From a virus (taxonomy: Duplodnaviria; Caudoviricetes), in IMG/VR virus record IMGVR_UViG_3300013426_000023, positions 42,064 through 106,063 of that record: a stretch of 64,000 bases of DNA; one strand, given 5' to 3'. The stretch's first letter is position 1, and each line of letters begins with the position of its first letter. A program made the position numbers and the translations under genes. Under the pieces are notes generated by a model, which was not told the origin of the DNA, did not search any database, and saw only the letters and a list, made by a program, of their open reading frames with translations. This document shows positions 57,078 to 64,000 of this stretch, piece after piece.

Positions 57078-57474
57078 TATATTATATAAAAGAGGACTTA
57101 TCACTGAGGAAGACAGACTTGAGGTAATAAAGAATGATGATAATATAAAAGAGTTATCTTCTCCTTACAGGACCAAAGTTCATGAGGTTGTAAGCAATAT
57201 GTATCACTATCATGATGGAAAGAAATATGAAGGTGAAAGATATAGTATGAATGATGCAAAGGAAGTATATGAAAAATATAGAAAATATATAGATAACAAA
57301 TATACTTGTGAGGATATATATATTGCAATCAATGCACAATATCATGACTATGAAAACTTATTTAGTGAATGGTTTGATGAGATAGACCATAAGATAATAA
57401 AGTCTGCAATTATATTTTGGTTTATGGATGATGATTATACTGGTAATAAAGTAAAGGATTATTTTAAACTTTAA
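57061..57474 (+). CDS. Conserved helical hypothetical protein
   Basis: Start MSKLV; GERYS...DIYIAINAQYHD...FWFMDDD. Confidence 0.75.
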   Translation: MSKLVDILYKRGLITEEDRLEVIKNDDNIKELSSPYRTKVHEVVSNMYHYHDGKKYEGERYSMNDAKEVYEKYRKYIDNKYTCEDIYIAINAQYHDYENLFSEWFDEIDHKIIKSAIIFWFMDDDYTGNKVKDYFKL

Positions 57475-57479
57475 TTATT

Positions 57480-57525
57480 AAATCTCTTATGTAGTTGCAT
57501 AAGAGATTTTTTTTGTATATATTTG
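57480..57525 (+). terminator. Terminator overlapping a sigma promoter
   Basis: AAATCTCTTATG/CATAAGAGATTT-T tract; GTTG at the loop, 20-nt spacer, TATATTTG 57518-25. Confidence 0.75.
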
Positions 57526-57550
57526 CACATTAAATTAAAGTAAATAAAAT

Positions 57551-57937
57551 ATGAGAAATTTAATATTATTATTTATAGTTGTTCTTTCATTATGTTCTTG
57601 TAAGACTAAGGAAAGAATAGTTGAAATTCCTATCACACATACAGAATATAAATATGTAGATAAGATAAAGTATGATTCAATATATTTCAAAGATAGTGTG
57701 TTTATGTTTAATAAAGGAGACACAATATATCTAAACAAATATATATATAGATATAAATATAAATATTTGAAAGATACTGTTACAGTCAATAAGACAGACA
57801 CTATTACTAAGTTACAAAAAATAGAGACGATAAAGACTGTAAATAAGCTAAACACAATACAAAAAATATTGATTTATATTGGTCTATTCTCCATTGTTAT
57901 ATTAATATTCATATTATATAAGCATATTAAGAAATGA
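57551..57937 (+). CDS. Putative unimolecular spanin
   Basis: Lipobox LCSC, beta-rich DSI/DTI repeats, C-terminal TM helix. Confidence 0.7.
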   Translation: MRNLILLFIVVLSLCSCKTKERIVEIPITHTEYKYVDKIKYDSIYFKDSVFMFNKGDTIYLNKYIYRYKYKYLKDTVTVNKTDTITKLQKIETIKTVNKLNTIQKILIYIGLFSIVILIFILYKHIKK

Positions 57938-58260
57938 TTGAAATCCTTATTAATGGAGGAGTGGCAATAATAACAAGTGTGATAACTTGGTTACTAGCTA
58001 GAAGGAAATATAATGTAGAAGTAAATGGTGGAGAATTAGATAATATACAAAAACAACTTGATATTTATAAGGAAATAGTTGAAGATACAAGAAAACAACT
58101 TAATCTTATAATAGAGCTAAGAGATACTGACAGAAAAACAATACATAAATTACAACAAACAGTTGATGCTCTTTATCCTTTGGCTTGTCAAATCAAGAGA
58201 TGTAATAATAGAAAATCTTTAACAGAAGATATATTAAATAAATTATCAGAAACAAAATAA
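57934..58260 (+). CDS. Putative holin (single TM + coiled coil)
   Basis: GGVAIITSVITWLLARRK then coiled coil; inside the lysis cassette. Confidence 0.55.
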   Translation: MIEILINGGVAIITSVITWLLARRKYNVEVNGGELDNIQKQLDIYKEIVEDTRKQLNLIIELRDTDRKTIHKLQQTVDALYPLACQIKRCNNRKSLTEDILNKLSETK

Positions 58261-58272
58261 TATTTTACTATT

Positions 58273-59512
58273 ATGTCAAAAGAAACAATTGGATTATTAT
58301 TCAATAAGAGAATAGTCATGGGAGGAGAGAATCCAGAAAATGAACTTCGTGACAATGAGATACTTCTTAGAAAGAAAAAGATAAATACCTCAAAGGGTAT
58401 AGAGGATGGTATTGGTCTATATGAAAGGGATTTAAATGGACAATTAAAGAATATTACACAATATACAAATGTAAAGGATAAAGTATATACAAAAGAAGAT
58501 TATCCACGTTCTACAAAATATAAAACTAATAGAGGTTATTATACAGGAGATGCAATAATTCGTAGTTTAATAGACCATTCTTCATCACTGGAAGAAGATG
58601 AAGTTATGATAGAACAAACCTATCATATAGATACACCTATAAATACATTGGAAGATTGGAAGTTTAATGGTGCTACTAATTGGAAAGGTGTATTAATAAA
58701 TATACCAGTGGAAAGTTTTATAATTACTGATAATGATTGTTATTTTAGGTCTCCTGTAATAGGTATAAGACAAAACTTTACAAGATACCCTTATCAACCT
58801 TGTATTGGTGCTGATTTTAATGCCATGATAGAAAAAAAATCAGCCATTTTTGATACCAGCAGGAGTATATGCTTTTACATGTCCTATAGATGAAGAAGGT
58901 AATACCATTCCATATAATTTGAGAATAATATCTTATAATAATACTTCAATACAATATATAAAAGAAAATTTTGATATTTTCTATGTATTTAATATTGGAA
59001 AGCCAGCTTGTTGTGGCTTTATGACATTAAGAGTATTTTTGGATTATATGAAGTCTCAACAGGGTAGAGGTAGACTTTGGAACTATGTTACTGAAGACTT
59101 TATGAAAGAACACAATATGACAGATAAGGTATCTGTTATTCAGACTTATGATGGAGGTGCAAATTCTGTTTATGCTGCATACTATGACTATGAGTTCCAA
59201 CCTTTGACAAAGGACCTTATTTATAAAGCTATAGAAGAAGACAAAAATTTAACAATATTATATAATTCATTAACTGATAAAGATAATTATTCTTATTACA
59301 GTCCACATGCAGTCACTATGCAAGAGTTAGGACTGGCTGAGGCATATAATCATTTCTACCCTAACAGTCCTATAGCAACACAAGCAAGTGAAGTAGAGAA
59401 TAAACCTGTTGTAATGAGTCTTGATGAACAAGAAGATAATAATGATAATGAATCTAAGGATAATTTTATTAAAGTCGTTAAAGTAGAAGATAATGAAGAT
59501 TTTATTAAATAG
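58273..59512 (+). pseudogene. Single gene split into two ORFs (58273-58893, 58850-59512) by an A8 run
   Basis: Removing one A from 58832-39 gives a continuous 412-aa frame (..MIEKNQPFLIPAGVYAF..). Confidence 0.6.
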
Positions 59513-59924
59513 AATAGCAAAGAAGCCTACCTACACTATAGGTAGGCTTCTTATTGATGATATTTATTTTTGTGATACTCTTGAAGATAAGGATAGAGGT
59601 CTTAAAGATTCTATGTCTGAACAAGAAATAACAAAAATAAAAATAAAAGATAAAACTGCAATACCTACTGGTACTTATAATATAACTATTACATATAGTA
59701 ATAGATTTAAGAAACTAATGCCTCTCATTAATAATGTGAAAGGATTTAGTGGTATAAGAATACATGCAGGAAATGATGAAAATGCAACTTCTGGATGTAT
59801 ACTTTGTGGAGAAAATAAAGTAGTAGGTAAAGTAATTAATTCTAGAATATGGACAAATAAACTCTATGATAAGATAAGATTAGCTTTAAATAAGAAAGAA
59901 AATGTAACAATAACAATACAGTAA
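59493..59924 (+). CDS. Putative endolysin, DUF5675 / L,D-peptidase-like
   Basis: YTIGRL..FCDTLED, TAIPTGTY, GIRIHAGN...TSGCILCG. Confidence 0.8.
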   Translation: MKILLNRIAKKPTYTIGRLLIDDIYFCDTLEDKDRGLKDSMSEQEITKIKIKDKTAIPTGTYNITITYSNRFKKLMPLINNVKGFSGIRIHAGNDENATSGCILCGENKVVGKVINSRIWTNKLYDKIRLALNKKENVTITIQ

Positions 59925-59990
59925 TTAAGTATATTACTTAATATAATTTATATTTGTACTTACAAGGTTTTACATATATTAAATATATAT

Positions 59991-59998
59991 TATCTTTG
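59991..59998 (+). promoter_or_regulatory. Bacteroidota -7 promoter box for the capsid operon
   Basis: TATCTTTG(CA) about 40 nt before the scaffold-like gene. Confidence 0.65.
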
Positions 59999-60039
59999 CA
60001 CTTGAAATTTAATTAACTAATTAAAAGGAGAAGAATAAT

Positions 60040-61194
60040 ATGAGTGGATTAAGTATTGACAATCTTTTTACAAATGATGACTTTAACCCAGATGTAGGTA
60101 TGGAAGATGAGGGTATGGAGGAATCTACAAGTGAAGAGACTACAGAACAACAAGAAACTAAACAAGAAACTACTGAGAATAATCCAGACACTAAGGATAA
60201 TTCAGAGAGCGTAGGTAGTGAAGATGAGAATATACAAGAGAAGGAAGATACCTTTGGTGATGATGAAAGCAATGGTACTTCTCCTAAATCTAACTTCTAC
60301 TCTTCCATTGCCAAAGCTTTTGTAGAAGAAGGTGTCTTCCCAAATCTTGCTGATGATGATATTAAAGACTTGGATGAATCTCCTGAAGCATTAGTAAAAC
60401 TAATGAATAAAGAAATTGATTCAAGACTTGATGAAAGGACTAAGAGAATTGAATCATTACTAAATGGTGGTGTTCAACCTAACATCATTAATCAGTATGA
60501 GAACACGCTTAAGTATCTTGATAGTATTGATGAGGATATTATTTCTGAGGAGGGAGATAAAGGAGAAAACCTTAGAAAACAACTTATTTATCAAGATTAT
60601 GTTAATAGGGGCTATTCACAAAAGAGAGCTATCACAATGGTAGATAAATCTATTGAGAATGGTAATGACATTGAAGATGCAAAAGAAGCCTTGAAAAACT
60701 GTAAAGATTATTATGGTAATGAATATAGTAAATTACAGCAAGAAGCAAAAGCTAATGAGGAGGCAATGATTAAAGAGAGACAAGAACAAACTACTAAATT
60801 AAAGAAGGATGTTCTTGAAAGTAAAGACTTAATGGGAAATGTTGATGTAGATAAGTCTACAAGACAGAGAATTTTTGATGTAATGGCAAAGCCTACATAT
60901 AGAGATGATGAAGGTAATTATATGACAGAACTTCAAAAATATCAAAAAGAAAATCCTATTAATTGGGTCAAGAATATAGCTATTTGTTATGCTATGACAG
61001 ATGGCTTTAAAGATTGGTCTAAGCTTGGTAAGGCACAAGCAAAGAAAGAAGTTAAAAAAGGTTTAAGAAATCTTGAGAAAGTAATTAATTCTACTAAAAG
61101 AACTTCTGATGGTAACTTAGACTTAGTAGGAGGTTTTGGTGGAGGCTTCAATGAAGATACATTCTTTGGTAAAGGAGCAAAATTAGACCTTTAA
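60040..61194 (+). CDS. Conserved crAss pre-MCP protein (scaffold-like)
   Basis: Acidic N-terminus, coiled coils, TDGFKD motif; directly upstream of MCP. Confidence 0.7.
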   Translation: MSGLSIDNLFTNDDFNPDVGMEDEGMEESTSEETTEQQETKQETTENNPDTKDNSESVGSEDENIQEKEDTFGDDESNGTSPKSNFYSSIAKAFVEEGVFPNLADDDIKDLDESPEALVKLMNKEIDSRLDERTKRIESLLNGGVQPNIINQYENTLKYLDSIDEDIISEEGDKGENLRKQLIYQDYVNRGYSQKRAITMVDKSIENGNDIEDAKEALKNCKDYYGNEYSKLQQEAKANEEAMIKERQEQTTKLKKDVLESKDLMGNVDVDKSTRQRIFDVMAKPTYRDDEGNYMTELQKYQKENPINWVKNIAICYAMTDGFKDWSKLGKAQAKKEVKKGLRNLEKVINSTKRTSDGNLDLVGGFGGGFNEDTFFGKGAKLDL

Positions 61195-61291
61195 AGTTGT
61201 TATATGTTGTGAAACATATTGATTGTTGTGATAATAATCAATTACAACTAGATTAATCAAAGTGATGATTAACGTTTAAACTATATATAAT

Positions 61292-62659
61292 ATGTCTGGA
61301 AAATTAGGCAGATTTCAAATGACACCCTTTACTAGTTGGAAGGGTTGTACTAAAAGTAACGCATTAGCAGCACTTGGTTATATTGGACCACAGATGTTGA
61401 CTAATACAATGGTTCAATTACTTGCTTCATATAGAGGACCTTCTATAGAAGAGGAACTTAGAAAATATCCAGTTAGAGAGTTAGCAAGTGATGATGCATA
61501 TGAATGGGACATTGTAGGTTCTGATAAGAAGAATGTTCCTTTAAAGTATGCAATAGGAGATGATGGTAAGATTGTTAAGGCAGATGATAATATGATAGGT
61601 ATTAATGGTGCTCCTTTCTATCTTGTATTCTCAGAAGATTATTTCTTTAAGGGTGAAATTCTTTTTGGTAATCTTAATGAGATTTATCAATTAAGAATTA
61701 TAGAAGAGCCAATAGAAAGAGGTACAGATACTGCATATAAGGTTACACTATTTGGTCATAATGCTATCAATGGTATTCCTGCTGAAAGACTTCTTGCAGG
61801 TGAAAGATTTTCAGTTGGTTATACACCAGTTTCTAGAGAGTTCTCTAGAGGTATAGGTGGTATAAGATTCTCTAGTCCTACTAGAATGTCTAATGAATGG
61901 ACTACTGTGAGAATTAAGCATAAAGTGCCTGGCAATAGACTTGTACAGAAACTTAAAGTGGGTGTACCTATTAAAGATGCTACAGGTAAGCCATCTACTA
62001 CTACTAAGTGGATTCACTTAGAAGACCTCAAACTTGAGGAACAATTCTCAGATTATAAGAATAATGCATTAATGTTTGGTACATCTACTAGACATAATGA
62101 TGGTACTTATACTGACTATGACTTCGGTGGTAGCATTATAAGACAAGGTAGTGGTCTTCGTGAACAATTAGAAGCAGGTAATCAATATTACTATAATACT
62201 TTCAGTCTTAAGACTATGGTTGAGGCACTTTCTGGTCTTTGTAATGATGGTGGACTTCCTCTCTCTCAGAGAAAGTTTGTTGTTAAGACTGGTATGGGTG
62301 GTGCAACTTTATTCTCAGAAGCTGTTAAGAAAGATGGTAGTGGTTGGACTCAATTTATACTTGATAATAGTTCTGTTCATGTAGTAGAAAGAACTTCTTC
62401 TGAATTACATGAACATGCATTAAAGGCTGGTTTCCAATTCACTGAGTTCTTAGCACCTAATGGAATACAGATTAAGATAGAAGTAGACCCATGTTATGAT
62501 GATAGAACTAGAAATAAACTCTTGATGCCAGGCAGTACATTGCCAGCAGAATCCTTCAGATTTGATATAATGGATATGGGTACAACATTAGACCCTAATA
62601 TTCAATTAGTCAAGATTGCAGGAGACCAAGAGGTTAGAAGTATAGTTAGTGGTATCCGT
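61292..62659 (+). CDS. Major capsid protein, exon 1 (456 codons)
   Basis: crAss MCP motifs (SWKG, YEWD, MSNEWTTVR, GSGLREQ, GFQFTEF.APNG); ends at ..SGIR at the 5' splice site. Confidence 0.9.
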
Positions 62660-63421
62660 AAACTTAAAATTGCGGCTTAATATAGAAATATACTAATGAA
62701 AAGGTATTAAATTGCTGGAAATCCCTTAGAGATTTCAGTGCTAGTTTTTTAATTAATCTCAAACATTTAATTATGGAGAAAGAAGTGTGGAGAACAATTC
62801 CTAATTTTTGTACTAATATAGAAGTTAGTAATTTAGGAAATGTTAGAAGATTTGATACAAAAAATAATTGTTGGAAAAAACCAGCAATTCATAAAGATAA
62901 AGATGGTTATTTACATATTAATATAAAGAAAAAAGAAGCTAAAAGATATACTCATCAAGGTATACATAGATTAGTAGCTATGGCTTTTATTCCTAATCCA
63001 GAAAATAAAGAATGTGTAAATCATATAGATTCTAATAGACAAAACAATAAAGTTGAAAATTTAGAGTGGGTAACTCCTAAAGAAAATCACACACATGCTT
63101 ATTTATATGGAAAATTAAAATTATGTAAACAAGTACCAAGAAAAGTAGTTCTTACTGATTATCAAGTCTCACAAATAAATAAATTAAGAACAATATATAC
63201 AGTTAATCAAATAGCAAATATATTTAACTGTAAATATACTACTTTAAAAAATATAATTAGAAAACAGAAAAAATCTGAAATATTGGGCAATCAGCATCCA
63301 AGCCATTATACATCTATATATAAAAAGATGTGATGGAAGGTTCAACGACTAAAGAGTACCCACCTTAAAAAAGGTGATGATATAGTCTGACCTTTATAGA
63401 AATATAAAGTTAACATAAGTG
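62660..63421 (+). mobile_element. Group I self-splicing intron (762 nt) in MCP
   Basis: P1 CCGT/GCGG with U-G wobble, P4 TGCTGG 62713 / TCAGCA 63291, P7 GACTA 63347 / TAGTC 63383, P8, P9 GAAA hairpin, terminal G. Confidence 0.9.
62773..63333 (+). CDS. NUMOD4-HNH homing endonuclease (intron-encoded)
   Basis: EVWRTIP..EVSNLGNVR; HRLVAMAFIPNPENKECVNHIDSNRQNNKVENLEWVTPKEN. Confidence 0.92.
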   Translation: MEKEVWRTIPNFCTNIEVSNLGNVRRFDTKNNCWKKPAIHKDKDGYLHINIKKKEAKRYTHQGIHRLVAMAFIPNPENKECVNHIDSNRQNNKVENLEWVTPKENHTHAYLYGKLKLCKQVPRKVVLTDYQVSQINKLRTIYTVNQIANIFNCKYTTLKNIIRKQKKSEILGNQHPSHYTSIYKKM

Positions 63422-63565
63422 GACCCATGGACAGGTAAATTCTCTGTTGAGAATGCTGCTACTGATGAAGATGGTTCTGAGATTCATAAGATGTCTACAT
63501 TTGGTGTTACAGTATTAGACCCAACTAGAACAATGGCATTTATTCCTGCAATATTGCAAGCATAA
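63422..63565 (+). CDS. Major capsid protein, exon 2 (47 aa)
   Basis: DPWTGKFSVENAATDEDGSEIHKMSTFGVTVLDPTRTMAFIPAILQA*, in frame after splicing (503 aa total). Confidence 0.88.
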   Translation, partial: DPWTGKFSVENAATDEDGSEIHKMSTFGVTVLDPTRTMAFIPAILQA

Positions 63566-63576
63566 ATGTATAACAT

Positions 63577-63615
63577 AAAAGAGAGTGGTGGTATATTCTA
63601 CCACTATTCTCTTTT
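63577..63615 (+). terminator. Intrinsic terminator after MCP
   Basis: AAAAGAGAGTGGTGGTA...TACCACTATTCTCTTTT. Confidence 0.75.
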
Positions 63616-63657
63616 ATTTTTTATTATAACAATTAAAACAAAAAATAAGTTTAAAAT

Positions 63658-64000
63658 ATGGAAGAGATTATTGATGATAGCTTTGTAGAACCTAAGAAGA
63701 TTGCTGTTCCTATACAGCCAGAAGATAAGTCTACAAAGAAACAACCTAAACAAAAGAAAGTTAAGGAAGATAATAATGAAGAAAACTTAGTATCTTGTCT
63801 TAGAAATACTAAAGTTACAGTAAGATTTATTCCTAGTAATAATCCATTATGGAATAATGGTAAGAAACATGTATTATCTGGTGGTATGTCAGAGAACTCT
63901 ACTAGAATACTTGTAGTACCTAAGTTATCAAGTGGTATATATGTAAATATACTTACTAATAGTGAAAAGGCATTCCTTGAAGAATTTATGGGATTAGAAC
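63658..64000 (+). CDS. Conserved crAss post-MCP protein (partial)
   Basis: Manual translation MEEIIDD...LVSCLRNTKVTVRFIP...HVLSGGM...VVPKLSSG.YVNILTNSEKAFLE; runs off window. Confidence 0.75.
   Translation, partial: MEEIIDDSFVEPKKIAVPIQPEDKSTKKQPKQKKVKEDNNEENLVSCLRNTKVTVRFIPSNNPLWNNGKKHVLSGGMSENSTRILVVPKLSSGIYVNILTNSEKAFLEEFMGLE

Noticed and set aside
2735-62017. Many short antisense or alternate-frame ORFs in the track (e.g. 2735-2962, 11501-11989, 19173-19643, 47967-48425, 55948-56280, 61811-62017)
   Set aside because: Shadow ORFs overlapping well-supported genes, with no motifs
62660-62680. MCP C-terminus KLKIAA*
   Set aside because: Read-through into intron P1; the true C-terminus is exon 2
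1-64000. Stop-codon reassignment (TAG or TGA), as in some crAss-like phages
   Set aside because: Core genes are full length in the standard code, TAG and TGA both end genes at sensible places, and the Gln tRNA has a TTG, not CTA, anticodon
1-64000. CRISPR array, DGR/retron reverse transcriptase or invertase shufflon
   Set aside because: No regularly spaced repeats, RT motif, TR/VR pair or recombinase noticed by eye; a computational scan could still find subtle ones

Overview
AT-rich fragment of a crAss-like (Crassvirales) gut phage genome, standard genetic code, with a Bacteroidota (possibly Prevotella-like) host. It has two divergent arms meeting at about 25.5-26.0 kb. The minus-strand arm (1-25.5 kb) carries small early genes, a GC-richer accessory cassette (YopX, Tad2/DUF2829), SF2 and DnaB-like helicases, an AAA ATPase, SSB, primase, rIIA/rIIB, a UDG with an altered catalytic motif, PD-(D/E)xK nucleases, class III RNR (nrdD/nrdG), dUTPase and a membrane-anchored retropepsin. 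The plus-strand arm is driven by repeated Bacteroidota sigma promoters (TAnnTTTG). It encodes a predicted ~330-nt structured ncRNA, a 1439-aa multi-domain peptidoglycan hydrolase, six tRNAs, terminase and portal. A ~19.7-kb block follows, holding an adjacent metallophosphoesterase and CotH-kinase-like/LRR giant pair, fibres, an autonomous four-gene operon of unknown function and the lysis genes. The scaffold-like gene and major capsid protein come next; the capsid gene is split by a group I intron carrying an HNH endonuclease. Best novelty candidates are the kinase/phosphatase virion pair, the ncRNA at the divergence point, the 55.5-57.5 kb operon and several RNA elements. All calls come from motif recognition by eye; no searches were run.
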